From positions 49,910,001 to 49,974,000 of the forward strand of contig NC_043012.1 of NCBI RefSeq assembly GCF_006345805.1: DNA of 64,000 nt, written 5' to 3'. The number at the start of each line of letters is the position of its first letter. Positions within the stretch are counted from its first letter, which is position 1. A model generated the notes under the pieces. It was not told the origin of the DNA. It worked only from the letters and a program-made list of their open reading frames with translations, and did not search any database. The translations under genes and the position numbers were made by a program. This DNA is from Octopus sinensis. Its lineage: Eukaryota. Shown here one piece after another: positions 1 through 13,313 of this stretch.

Positions 1-2968
1 AATAATAGTTGTAAACATTCATTTTTCATAGATATCGTATGTTTGATATATTAGCTAAATCAGCGATTAATATTTTTCAGACCTATTGACCGATTAATAG
101 GCCAGACAACAAGATATGTGAGTTCGTGTCATGAAACTGGTATTTATTTGGTTATTCTGATTAATACTACTTACCTCAATAAAAGCATTCATTTGTAATT
201 AAGAAAGATAAACAGTGCATATGAACCTTGATTCATTCTTTCTTTGAATATGAACACTGTAATACAAATAGTTGTGTGTCTAGTGTATTTGTAATAAAAT
301 GGTAATTTTGATAATTTCCAGTGCTTTCACTTTTTGAAATAAACACTATAGAATAATTTGCTTTGATTAAAACCAATTTAAAAAAAATTGTTCTCATTAA
401 TTTTTACCTTAGCAAGCAAAAGGGAAAACACCATACGTTGATAGACGTATATTCGTCGCGATGTCTAATGACGCACAAGCACTTGAATTGATTTCCAAAG
501 ATGATGAACTAATGAACAGTATTTTCTGTCTAGAAAAGTTATAAGGTATTCCACTAGTTTCGAGGGTAAGCATTCAATTGTTCCAACAACTAAACTCCCT
601 ATTCAATGAATTGGCGTAGATATGACTGAGTATTTCACAGACGTGTGTATCACCAACATAATCCTGAAGAATAACCAGTGTCACAGTCTATGACAAGGGT
701 GGACATTTTGATTACAAATACAATCCATCCGACGGTATTCCATTATGTTTTCGCATACCGTTTTCACTCGCAGAGGTCGAATCGACCCAAACAGTAACAA
801 CGACAAGAACAGCAACAATAATTCATCACTTCCTTAGCAATTCCCCTGACTCTATAGATTAGATTAATGCCTGTGTCTCCGATTCTCTGCATTGTTGGCC
901 ATTATTCTAACTAAATCGTGCTGGCCATTAAACGAAGACATTAGATTTATTTAAAGTTTTAAATTATTCTTCATGCTGTTATTAAGGACACGAAAAGGAC
1001 CTGCAGGTGTAAAACTATTGTGATGAATGTAAATGAATACTTCATTCAGTTTCAGCATTCAGATCATCAAAGGTTACTTTAAAACAGACATGTTTAAGAT
1101 TTTCATCGAATATACTCCTATTGTAAATATTCATTATGCTAAATTATTACTTGTAAATAATAGAACCCAGCTATTTACTCTTTACGTTTTTGCAAAAACC
1201 CTTCTAATATACACTGTGATATTCAGAGTAGTAGAATCGTCATCTCGATATTTACAGTCACATTCCAGCCGTTGCCTGTTCCGGCTATATTCAAGTCTCT
1301 CATGTTCCTTAATTTTCACGGAATTTGAAACCGAACTCTATTTAATTCACGGTGGTAAATTGCTATCATTCTATTGAACATATCAAAGACGTTTTAATAT
1401 ATTACTTATTCTATTACTTGTGATGTTGCAAGATAGCTACGCTTCAACTAAAATAAATGAAATTTAACTTAGCACAAATTAAATTCAAGGCCACTAACAT
1501 ATCTTTGGATCAATGCTTATAGTCTGAATTCCATTCTGCCGCAGAAGAATAAGAGAATAAGAATTAGAAACTTCAAACCGAACATTATTTAATTACTGAC
1601 GTGGGTTTAAGCCTCGTTGTTAATCAAAGTTACCATACTGTATTCATCTACATTCTCGGTCTACTGAAGAGTTTATTAAAACCTATAACATATGTTGATT
1701 ATTTCAGTCTTCTAGTGTTGTTCTGTATCTATTGCTTTGGCTACATTTTGCAGTCATGACCGATTTTTGTAACTTTCCAAAGGCTTTACGATATTCATCA
1801 AAATTTCTTTTTAGCAAAATGTGTTCCCACCTTCATAATAACTGCCACATCTATACAGTACAGAACACATACAGTTTTGATTAATAATCTCTTCTGGTAG
1901 AAACCTTTTTCTGGATCGGTGTCCCCGACGTATAGGGTTTCTTTCGATGTTTTCATGTGGTATGGGCCAAATATATGGTACGACCATTTAATTCAGTTTC
2001 TTATAGAGTTGTGTCACTAACGTATATATAATCTTCGTATTTGTACATATTCCTTTCTGTATATTGATTTTGCAGGTATATGAGTGACTCTGCTCAACAA
2101 AAACGGTTTCAGAGTACTAACACATGTCAATAGTTGTCTATCAAATATGAGAACATTGCTTCTTTTACCTCAATACCTATTTCCAGTTTCTATATATTAA
2201 GATTCTAGTGCAGCAACTTTCAAATTTATATTCTTTTATTTTGAGTTCTCTCCTTTGCTTCTTATTTATTTGCAAAATTATTGCTGAATAACATCAGTCT
2301 CTCTTCCATAGTGGTATAAGCGTAATGAATTTCAGTTACTCGCTCAACACACAAAATGCTTTAACACTTTATTCACTCTGCGATAAAGTATGTTTCAAAG
2401 ATACAGGATTTTGTCACAGCTAGGGTAACGTAAATAACAATAAACAAAAAGTACTCAAGAAGAAGACGGAAACAACAATGATAAATTTCATCATTTATAT
2501 ATCAATTCTGATGAGAATATAGTGGAGAATAAATCCAGCATCTCTGTATCTCAGTATCCATAAATATAATTCTCTTTATTGCAGTCGATTGAAGAGAAGA
2601 GAGTTGAGTTATTCTAAAGGTTTGGGTTATTCATTCTGTTCATAACCTCACAAAAAACAATATGTAACTGTAAGAAATCTAAAATGAATATATAATGTTC
2701 GCGCTTCGTTTCCTTTAAAAATTCGAGTGTCAGAACAAAGACTAATGAATGTACATCTGAGCGAAAGTATGTGATGGTGCAAATCTGTTGCGCTTTATGT
2801 TATGCGTGTGTCATACAACTATATACGATACAAAATGTGTCTATATAATGGTACATGAATGTTTGAAAAAATCAATCAAGACATATTTAATGAAGTTTAA
2901 AGACAGAAACTAAAGAATAGTAGGAAATAGAAGAAAGTCAAACAGATTAATATTAGCACATACACACA

Positions 2969-3002
<34 letters not shown>

Positions 3003-3110
3003 TATACACACACACGCACGCACGAAGACACGTACACACGTACATTATATTATGTGTATATGTGTGTGTATTTATATATGTATGCATAAATATATGTGGG
3101 TATATATACA

Positions 3111-3146
<36 letters not shown>

Positions 3147-3489
3147 TATATATCTATATATATATATATATTTCGGCTACAGATTCCTTTATATGACAGA
3201 TGCAACATAAAAACTCGAAACGCCGGTCGTAATCGCCACATGAAAATAGCCGAAAAAGATAAAAAAAATTAAAATAAAGAAGGAACAAATGTATTAGAAA
3301 GCTACTGCGTATATATACATATATATATATAAATTTTGACAGTTCTCGTTCGGTGTTGTAGCGTGCAGAATGTAAATTGAATTTGACATTAAAAAGTTAT
3401 GATAAACCTATTTACAGCGATATGCAGTTCAGTGATAATAGAAATAAATATTAGTTAAATATAACTATGTTGTTTTTAGATGTAAAACA

Positions 3490-4505
3490 CCTCAACAGAC
3501 TGCTGAGAGAGCATCCAATGATTTCAAACGATGATCAGTAGGAGAGATATCAGGGGAATAGGAGAGATTTTGCAAAATCTCATAATTCAGGAGTTTTAAA
3601 TTTTGGACGGTAGCTGGAGGAGTGGAAGGACGTGCATTGGGCCATCTCTATTCACTAGGCTGGGTTGTTTTATTTTCAAATTCTCATGCATAAAATTAAT
3701 TTCCTGGGAATATGATGTTGCTGTCACCGTTTTCCTTGTTGCAAAAATTAATAATGAATAACTGCCTTCGCAGACCACAATACAATAACCATTAACTTTT
3801 TAGGGTACAATGCTGGGTTTGGGTAGTATTTGGGTGACTCTCCTGCATCTAATCACCGTACTGTGCTCCAGCTGTTGTTATAGAGTATCCATTTCTCTTA
3901 CAAGTAATAATTTGATGCAAAAATAGATATTTTCCAGTCCTGAAAGTAACAAGGAGCACACTTCGAGGCCTCTGTTATTTATTAAATCTCATTCAGTTGA
4001 TGTGGAACAAACCTATCCGTTTTCTTGACTTTTCCAGTTTTTTACAGGTGTCCAAAAACAGTTGTGCGAGATGTTTGGAGTTCTGAAGAGAGTTTTCGAA
4101 CTATGTACTCGGGTTTTGTTCAATCAAAGTACTTAATCCATCATGCTGAATAACTGATTTTGACCTACACCTTTGTTTATTTTCAAGGCTATCATCTCGG
4201 GGATGAGAGCTTTGGAACCATCTCTGAACAGTTCTGATGTCAAGAAAACCATTGCCAAAGGCCCTCTTGATATTCCGTAGAGGTTCTGCGGCAGAGTGAC
4301 CCAGAATGTACTCATACGAGAAAATCACTGAACATAGTTTGGTTGTAATCATTTTCATAAGGTCTGTGGGTGCGATTTTGTATACCAATATTGTTCTGAA
4401 AGAAAAAGTGACAAGATTAAATGCAAGATATACATAATTGAGTTTTTAACTGACTGAAATAACAAGTAATTAAAAATGCGACATTTGATGTGCAAAAACC
4501 TAATA
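3490..4505 (-). mobile_element. Decayed Tc1/mariner element (Hsmar1-like transposase pseudogene) with one TIR
   Basis: The minus strand gives the HTH region (YEYILGHSAAEPLRNIKRAFGNGFLDIRTVQRWF), then VKKTDRFVPHQLNE (WVPHEL-like), EKWILYNN, PKKLMVIVLWSAK and YSPDISPTD, with stops and frameshifts. A TIR-like sequence tattaggtttttgcacatcaaatgtcgcattttt lies at about 4472-4505 (minus). The second TIR was not found. Confidence 0.92.
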
Positions 4506-4666
4506 TTTGTGCAGCGAGAGATACTCTGTATGAATGTGCATATATGTGTGCTTTTATACATAAAAATACAAACACACACCTATGCATAGATGCACAGATA
4601 TATAAACACACACACAAATACACACACACCGACACACACACACACAGGCACACACACACGCATATA

Positions 4667-4723
<57 letters not shown>

Positions 4724-5093
4724 CATACACATATAAACATGAATATGTACATATATACATGCTGCGTGCGGTGTTATTTGTGTTTTGCTATTTAAATACT
4801 TAACGATAAATTAAAAAAATACAAACTTCTAGGTTCAGTGCTGTAAATCTTCAGAGAAGTTATTTCTACACACAATTTGTATATATTACACTTAACTAAT
4901 AAAAACGGCGAAAAGCTACGGACGCTGACATTCCTGGAAAGCAGAGAAGGTAATATTAAATAATTCTTTGAATCTCAATGCAGATTTTGTGGAAAATTGA
5001 GTCATTTCGGAACTACCATCATATCCCCCAACTTCACTATTTTTTGTATCGTTATATTTACATAGGTGTGTGCCAGGAAGAATTTTTTACTTT

Positions 5094-5096
<3 letters not shown>

Positions 5097-5162
<66 letters not shown>
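5097..5162. repeat. (TA)n microsatellite, representative of dozens of TA/TG/TACA tracts in the window
   Basis: Pure TA run. Similar compound tracts lie at about 2955-3170, 4590-4760, 5575-5945, 12120-12580, 18990-19410, 30210-30370, 33120-33470, 44150-44610 and elsewhere. Confidence 0.98.
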
Positions 5163-5164
<2 letters not shown>

Positions 5165-5615
5165 CTCTGCTGCAATGAGGAGAAAAAATTATAACACGAC
5201 AGAAAGAAAAAAGGTAAAAGATATTTGCGTCTTATTTCTTCCAATATCTTCCTCCAATTTTCTCTAACTGTAATAAATAAACATGGATCTTTTTATAACT
5301 CTTTCGTAAATTTATTTATTTTTTAGAGTAGTAGGGCTGAGACCATATATTTTAATGGCTTTTTCTCAGTTGGAAAAAAGAATTTTTCTCCCCCGTTTAC
5401 TTTTCGTCATCTTTCCCATTTCTTTAAATATATTTTCTGATTTATTTTTACCTTACTCTTGCCACTTTTAACTATAGCTGGGAGATGAGTGTGCTCGTGA
5501 AGGATTTCTAAGTATGACCAGTTTTGCATAATATTTTGAATTGCAATTTAGATTATTTACACTACAGTGACGTATATGTTATATATACACAGACAAACAC
5601 ACAGACACACACACA

Positions 5616-5664
<49 letters not shown>

Positions 5665-5851
5665 GTACATGTTTATATGTGTGTGTGTGTGTGTGACGCA
5701 TATGTTACACACACTCCTATAAATATATGTGAATGTATACATATAAACGTTACCTTTATATGCAAATATAAAGCATATATATGCATATATGTGCATATAT
5801 ATCCATATACACATGTATATATATATACACATACATATACATATACATATA

Positions 5852-5908
<57 letters not shown>

Positions 5909-5999
5909 GTTTATGTGTGTATATATGAACTTTTGTATATATTTGTATGTCAATGGATGTGAGTGAGAATATTTGCAAATGCACACTTTTAGAGAGAGG

Positions 6000-6300
6000 T
6001 ACTCAGATTAAACACGCTGAAAAATACGCAACCAATAGATAGAAATAAGGAGGTGGGGAGGAGAGGACGAGAGACTGTAGGAATGAGAGTGAAGGAGTCT
6101 GTGAGGGAGGAGAAAGAACGACGGGAGAAATATACGGAAAATAAGAAGGACATGTTTTTAAGGTGAGATATTTTTCCGTATATAATTTTAGAAGCATAAT
6201 CGGAAAGCACGGTTCCTTGGAACCATCCTGTGTTAATGTAGGAAGATATACTTCTTATGGAATATATTTGTTTTAGATGTTTTGTAATAATATTGCAGAA
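6000..6300 (-). mobile_element. Possible non-LTR retrotransposon RT relic (CR1/L2/Jockey-like)
   Basis: The minus ORF contains INTGWFQGTVLSDYASKII, resembling the RT motif IxTGVPQGSVLSPxLFxI. Heavily decayed. Confidence 0.4.
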
Positions 6301-6559
6301 AACTGTAAATAATATTTCCAAACTATAGGTTTGAGAGCTCTAATGACGTAAATACTAAAACGTTTTACGAATCTCAGCATTTAATATACGTTGTTCACCA
6401 ATAGCAATGCAGAAAGAAAAGCAACGTACAAAAACTATCAACGTACAGTAATCTATGTTTTGAAGAACATCGGCCACATTAAACTTCTTATGACGAGAAA
6501 TAGAAGTGCGAAGACCCTACGACCAAGTATTTCGTTATAAATGAATAGTAGAAATATTC

Positions 6560-6571
6560 ATAATAATAATG

Positions 6572-6641
<70 letters not shown>
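6560..6641. repeat. (AAT)n microsatellite
   Basis: Direct reading. It is followed at 6642-6750 by a probable retroelement tail fragment. Confidence 0.95.
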
Positions 6642-6644
<3 letters not shown>

Positions 6645-6783
6645 GCCCTGATGCAGTATCAGGCAGTGGCTCTCGTAGATTCTGATCTCAACTGATTGGA
6701 AGTGTTATCATGTACATTGCTTTGTCTTGGTATAAAAGATGGGCTACTGTCTGGATGTTTTGCGTTCTTGTCTCATTTTGTGT

Positions 6784-6889
<106 letters not shown>

Positions 6890-6916
6890 TGTGTGTGTGT
6901 GAGAGAGAGAGAGAGA

Positions 6917-7168
6917 ACTCCGTCGGTTACGACGTCGAGGGTCCCAGCTAATACGATCAACGGAACAGCTTGCTCGTGAAATTAACGTGCACGTGACTGA
7001 GCACTCCAGCGACACATATACCCTTAACGTAGTTCTCAGGGAGATTCAGTGTGACACAGAGGATGACAAGGCTAGTACTACTCATTTTTGCCAGCTGAGT
7101 GGACTGGAGCAACGTGAAATAAAGTGCCTTGCTCAAGAACACAATGCGTAGCCGAGAAGTGAACTCAC
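6917..7168 (-). mobile_element. tRNA-derived SINE (family C), 5'-truncated copy
   Basis: Its reverse complement aligns along its length with the plus copy at 7169-7475 (ttgagcaag..ctttatttcacgttg.ccagtccact.agctggcaaaa; gaatctccctga.aactacgt; gttccgttgatcg). It starts at the B-box-like gtgagttca. Confidence 0.85.
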
Positions 7169-7475
7169 GTGTGGCTTAGTGGTTAGTGCATTCGGCTAAC
7201 GATCGTAAGGTCGTGCGTTCAAAATCCGGCGATGCATTGTTTCCTTGAGCAAGATGCTTTTTTCACGTTGCCCCAGTCCACTTAACTGGCAAAATGAATA
7301 GTACGTGTACTCAAATGGCCAGCCTTGTCACACTCTGTATCACGCTGAATCTCCCTGACAACTACGTGAAGAATACACGTGTTTATGGAGTTCTCAGCCA
7401 CTTGCACGTTAGTTTCTCGAGAAAGTCGTTCCGTTGATCGTGTCAGCTGGGATCCACATCATCGTAGACGACGAT
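7169..7475 (+). mobile_element. tRNA-derived SINE (family C), full head
   Basis: A-box-like gtggcttagtggttag and B-box-like gcgttcaaaatccggc, followed by the central tccttgagcaag motif. Confidence 0.85.
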
Positions 7476-7480
7476 TTTGT

Positions 7481-7893
7481 ATGGACTGATTTATATGATG
7501 TCAAGAGCAGGAAAATTAACTCTCCAATTTTCTCACGAGCGTGAGACAACTTCTGAATGACATATAAAGGAATTTTCTGTTCTAAATATAGTGGAAACTA
7601 ACAGTCTTGGAAGTTAGACTGAAGCTGATGACGGGGTGGGCTGTTTAAAATTGAATTCATCAACTGTGGGTGTAGGATTTGAATGCAACACGTTTGAATT
7701 TCACGTCTTGGAAACATTCCAGGATATTGGTTAAATCGCAAGATAGAGAAAAGGAGAGGAGAGAGAGAGAGAGAGGGGAAGGAGAGAGATGGGAGGGTAA
7801 GAGAGATAGATAGAGAGAGAGAGAATGTGGTTTAGGCCGGATTGCGGTGAGTATATTTTAAAATGTAGTGACCTTGTACCTTTACGTTGGAAC
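7481..7893 (+). repeat. Direct repeat block, copy 1 (pairs with 10329-10780)
   Basis: Shared runs include gactgaagctgatgacgggg, gctgtttaaaattgaattcatc, gtaggatttgaatgc, attggttaaat, a GA tract and ggtgagtatattttaaaatgtagtg. Confidence 0.85.
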
Positions 7894-7954
7894 TATATAT
7901 ATATTTAGCTCCAACATAACGGCACTACATTTTAAAATATACTCACCGCAATCC
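7839..7954. repeat. Short foldback (inverted repeat centred on a TA run)
   Basis: Left arm ggattgcggtgagtatattttaaaatgtagtg...gttggaacta; right arm tagctccaac...cactacattttaaaatatactcaccgcaatcc. Confidence 0.85.
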
Positions 7955-8019
7955 AGTCTACTCCACTTTCTTTGTCTCTCTCTATATGTAATATGTATGT
8001 ATATATATATATGTAGGAT

Positions 8020-8478
8020 ATATTAAATTTCTAAATATCTCATAGAGATATGTACGGTGGTGGGGCGATAGAATGGTTGTATTCTGTCAATTTAACGTGA
8101 CAGTAGGGGATTACACAACCACTGTTTAGCCCGTACATATCTCTATGAGATATTTAGAAATTTAATATTTCTGATTTTGGTAATCAGTGAATAAACTTCA
8201 CTGAAAATTAGATATATATATTTACAAAATCGAGACAGGTATCTGAAGTTGGCGGGCTTCTGCTACTCTAGACCGATGATGGACAAAGATCCTGAAACAT
8301 GCGTGTCTCTAGATGCAGACCTGGCTGCTGGGAGTATTTGTCTTCCCTTCGTAAATATATAAGGACACAGGAAAAAATATGTCGAAGCCATCAGGAAGCG
8401 TCGATGTTTCCTAGGGCTAAACACCGGTGGTGTAATCCCCTACTGTCACGTTAAATTGACAGTATACAACCATTCTAT
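8020..8478 (+). mobile_element. ORF-less PLE-type (pLTR-like) element with inverted arm and hammerhead motif
   Basis: Perfect 38-bp inverted repeat 8020-8057/8131-8168 and a 65-bp inverted repeat 8068-8132/8414-8478 with 4 mismatches. HHR motif at 8267-8313. TA tracts on both sides. Confidence 0.7.
8267..8313 (+). ncRNA. Minimal type I hammerhead ribozyme motif, U4C core variant
   Basis: UCUAGA (stem I) CCGAUGA U GGA-CAAAGA-UCC U GAAA CAUGCGUG (near-palindromic stem III) UC / UCUAGA (stem I partner). Predicted cut after 8307. Confidence 0.6.
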
Positions 8479-8544
8479 ATATATATGTATATATATATAT
8501 ATATGTTACGTGTGTTTGGTTATGTAAATATGTATATATGGATA

Positions 8545-8788
8545 TGTGAGGACATGTGTGTGTGTGTCCTTGTTTGAGTGTTTGGCTCCCAACACCACCG
8601 CTTGCCCTTTGCTTTTGGTGTGTTTGCTTGCTCGTGACATAGAGGTTTGGAAAAATGATACCGATAGAATAAGTAATTACCTTTAAAATTAGAAGTCCTG
8701 GTGATGATTCATTTCACTAAAAAACTCATCAAGGCCTCACCTCAGCATGATCGTGGTCTAATGACTAAACCAAGTAAAAGATAAAATA
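8545..8788 (+). mobile_element. SINE family A, 3' half
   Basis: Matches the 3' half of copies at 32783-33110 and 34420-34880 (accgatagaataagta...aagtcctgg...aatgact.aa.caagtaaaaga). Confidence 0.75.
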
Positions 8789-9739
8789 ATCTATAACAGA
8801 TGTACATGCATGAGTTCTTTAAGCTTAGCTGTTTTAACTATGATGCACTGAAGCGGACTATTGGAACTGAAATATATTCGTCGTTCTATCCATTCCGTCT
8901 CACGATGAAATGTGATTTATGACTTATCACAAGAAGTATCGTTACCTACACTTAACTGTATGCTTCTCATGCAGAATTTACCCATGGCAAATGTTTTTTT
9001 AGTCATAGTAAGTAGGATAACGTTTAGCTTAGTAAACGAAATTTCGACCCCAACAAAATACTTATTTATTCACAGACAATAGATAGAATTGGGACATAAA
9101 TGTTCTCTAACTGTCATGTAAATTAGAAGACTGTGGAATCATCCACAAGCCATGATACTTTTTATAATTTTGAACAAAAAGAATGATATTCTGGCGTCTT
9201 GAGTAATAATATTTAACTGAATTTGCTGCGTCGTACGTGCAAAAATGGTTTATTATTTATGTGTTCATTAGTGATAATTTATTACAAGCGTTTCCTTTGT
9301 GAATATTTTGACTTTAATATATTTATCAAATCATTTTGAAGGAAGTTAAACGCTAAAATATTTGCAATATAGTCTGTACCGTTGTTATATAATATATAGA
9401 AAAACTTTTGCTCTGTTGTGTGCTTGCTTGAGACAGATGCACTAAAAATTTGCTTCAACGGAATAATTACTCTTGAGAATAAGCTAATATCCTTCAAATG
9501 CATAATTGGAATAGCTTTCTTTTTTTCATTTACAATTTACAATTATTGCTTATGTAGTTTTTCAAACTAACGTACACATGTCTGCTTTGATAGCATAAAG
9601 TCATTGAAACAAAATGTCAAACGAATAGTTTCTAAAATTCCACCTGTTCTAATGAATTTTATGGATCAACGTTCGGAGTGAGTGAGATTATAATTAATAT
9701 TCCACTCTCTTTTTTTCTCTCTGTGTGTGTGTGTGTGTA

Positions 9740-9770
<31 letters not shown>

Positions 9771-10328
9771 TGTGTGTGTGTGCGTGCGTGTGTATGTATG
9801 TATGTAATTGCATTGTTGGGATGAACAAATCTGGGAAGGTTATAGCAACAAACTTTATAATTGTTTTGGATCACGATTTCGGTCAATATGCAAATCTCAT
9901 TTGTAAGTACTTAATAATATATGTCTCTAAATGGAGCAGTCATCTTTTATTTATTACAAATTATTTTCAAACCTTCTCTTTCGGATGTTATCAATACAAT
10001 CTAGGTTCGAGTTCTGTACTTTCAGATCAGTATTTGCAAGATAAGAGCCTGATGGGAAGATATTCCAGAGTGCACAGCTCTAAGAGCAACTAACTCGGAA
10101 ATCTTGGAAGAAGTAATGGGTTAGAAGGACAGCCCGGTAAGTATGATGGAAGTCAAAAAATATGGTGTGTTATGGATTCATTACGTTAACACACAAAGAA
10201 AGACATCGGGAAACATAACCATGCAATAGAATAAGCCAGAAACGATGGGATGTGGTTCAGAGTGACACTTATGAAATGATAAAAGGATTTCGAAGAAAAA
10301 TTCTGACCGAACTGATATGCAAGATTTC

Positions 10329-10607
10329 ATGGACTATTATATATGATGCACAGTGCGGGAAAATTATCTCTCGAATTTTCTCACAAGCGAGACACACATG
10401 ATGAATGACATATGAAGGAAAATTCTGTTGTAACTTTAGTTTAAACTAACAGTCCTGTTGGAAGTGAGACTGAAGCTGATGACGGGGTTAGCTGTTTAAA
10501 ATTGAATTCATCGACAGTAGGATTTGAATGCGACAAGGTTGAGTTTCACGTTTTGGAAACGTTCCAGGTTATTGGTTAAATTGCAAGATAGTGAAAATAA
10601 GATAAGA

Positions 10608-10641
<34 letters not shown>

Positions 10642-10780
10642 AGAGAGAAAGAGTGAGAGAAAGAGAAAGAGATAGGCGAGAGAAAAAGCGAGAGAGAGAG
10701 AGACAGAGAGAATGTGAGGTAGACTGGATTGAGGTGAGTATATTTTAAAATGTAGTGCCATTATGTTGGAACTATTTATT
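10329..10780 (+). repeat. Direct repeat block, copy 2 (pairs with 7481-7893)
   Basis: Same conserved runs in the same order. Only the left arm of the 7839-7954 foldback is present. Confidence 0.85.
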
Positions 10781-12323
10781 GTGAAAATACACTTATCATG
10801 TGAAGACATCTTAAAAAAAGTTTCACTCTATATATCATTGTTCTAACAATATGTGCTGAAAGTAAGATATCAACTTCGCAGATTTATTTATAAGCTGTTC
10901 CAAAATTCGTTGAAATATCAGTATCTCACTTGCTCTGAAGTATTTTAAATTATGCTTATTACTAAAACAGAATTTGCGCTTGGTGTGAGCATGGTATAAT
11001 AAATATATACCATAAGCTTACTGCATTGTTTACTGGCTGGAGTTCAGTTTAGTTAACGATTACTTCATAGGTGATCAATTCTAGATGTATTCACGTTGTC
11101 ATAGGTGGGCATAAAAAAACAACAATTCCAGTATTTGGTCTCTCATTTTAGTTTGAAATTTTCCATCTCATTTTCAAAATTGGTTTCAGGCGTAGCTGAG
11201 AGCATGCAAAATTATATCTATCGTGCCGAGAAACTAGTTGTAGATTAGTATGGATATGTTTAGGAAGGACTTTTTTGCAGCTATGAAGAACGATCCAAAA
11301 TTGAAAAACACAGTTGACCAAATATATCGGTGCAAAATCCTGGTTAAGGTTATTTGTAAACGCGTTCTAACGAATGCATATCAATATTTTAATATACCCA
11401 TCTGAATGTTTAAATGGGCAGCAACAAAGTGGAATAAAAAACGGAAATTAGTGAAAAAAAAACGAACATTTATTTTCAAGCCAACGCAGAAACATCACTC
11501 ACGTTTTATTTTTGATATGAAAGAAAGAAAAAGTCAAAAATATTAATGGTGGCGAAATGGCTTGAACAAATCCGTAAGATAACAGCATTTCAGTTTGCCG
11601 ATTGCGATTAACACGCACAACAAAAACAAATAGCAATTTGTTAGTTTCTGTGTAAAGAATAAGCTCTTAATGACACGCTAACGCCTCTCCCAACGCTTTC
11701 CCTTTGATTCTGTGTTTCCTTCATTTTAATCACAAACGTCAGAGATTGCACGCATACAAGTCCACAGTTAATAAAGAATCTCACACGATTTTTCTTAACC
11801 AAGTTACTCTGATTCCGTCCACTTTGCAGATTAATAGTTCAAATGCTTAGATAATCTACCGAGGTTTTCATGCTATTTTTTTCCAACCATTTCTCTTGAC
11901 ATTCAATTTATATAAACATCAGCTTGATGCAAATGTTTGTCCTACTTAGCGAAGGGTTAATAACACATAAGACGGCCGTCCAGTAAAAGATGACGACAAG
12001 CAAAAATAATGGACGTATTTGTGTTAGAATTTCATTGCTGTCTTATGTATTAAGCGTGTGCGTCTGCGAGAATATTAGCATTTATTTACTTATCTTCCTC
12101 TAGATAGACAGATAGACAAGTGTGTATGTATAAATGTGTTTGGGTGTGTGTGTATGTGTGTGAGTATGTGTGTGTGTATAAATATATATACACACACATA
12201 TATATACATATACATATATATGTATATGAATATATACATATGTAGGCATATGTGTGTATATATACATATATATGTATATATTTACATACACACATATATA
12301 TATATGTATGTATATGTATAAAT

Positions 12324-12380
<57 letters not shown>

Positions 12381-12989
12381 CGTATGTACATTCATATAGG
12401 TTTGAACTGATACCTATGTATCTACATGTATGCATATATTGATGTAACAAGTATCTATATATGAATATATATACATATATATAGCATGATAAAAGTTATA
12501 TATATATATATATTATGATAAAACTCATATATATATATATAATATATATATATATATATAATATATATATATATATAAGTATGTATGCACGTAATGATTT
12601 CTTTATTAGTCAGAAGGCAAGAACCTACATAATAATATATAAACATTGACGCATGTACACAGATGATCCAAATAGATATTCTAAATGTAGATTCTATGGC
12701 TGTAATTTTGTGTAATGTTAATGTTTACTCTCGTATTTGATTCTGCCTGCAAGTAACAAGACGTGATTCTAGATTCGTTCTGCCAGCAGAAACTTAGGAA
12801 AACATGCTGAGAAACACGTTGCAATATTTTGTCAGTAACATTACCGTCAATGCCTGCTGTATTTACTGTACTAGAATACTATAACCAATTTACAACAAAT
12901 TAATATAGGAGAAAAATGTACACACACATAGGCACACACATGCGCATATACATAGATATATGTATGTGCATGTATATATATAAAAAAAA

Positions 12990-13028
<39 letters not shown>

Positions 13029-13084
13029 TGTATATATCAATGTATATTTATATATATATATATATATGTATGTATATATGTATG

Positions 13085-13139
<55 letters not shown>

Positions 13140-13280
13140 TGGCCTGCTCGATCAGCCAGCGGGGTGGCGTCATTTGAAGGCTAAAGCAATGATAAGCGCA
13201 TTGTAGCCAGCGATGTGAAGCAACATCTGATAGCCTGGTCGGTCAAGGTGACCACGGTGATATATATATACATACATGCA

Positions 13281-13313
<33 letters not shown>

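Noticed and set aside
1033-2400. Cadherin-like or transposase-like peptide snippets on the minus strand (STTLNITVYI; LYVGDTDPEKG)
   Set aside because: No diagnostic motif set, and frequent stops in all frames.
7169-7225. tRNA-like sequences here and at about 21990-22045, 34425-34480 and 47851-47920
   Set aside because: They have A/B boxes but no full cloverleaf and continue into repeat bodies, so they are SINE heads and not tRNA genes.
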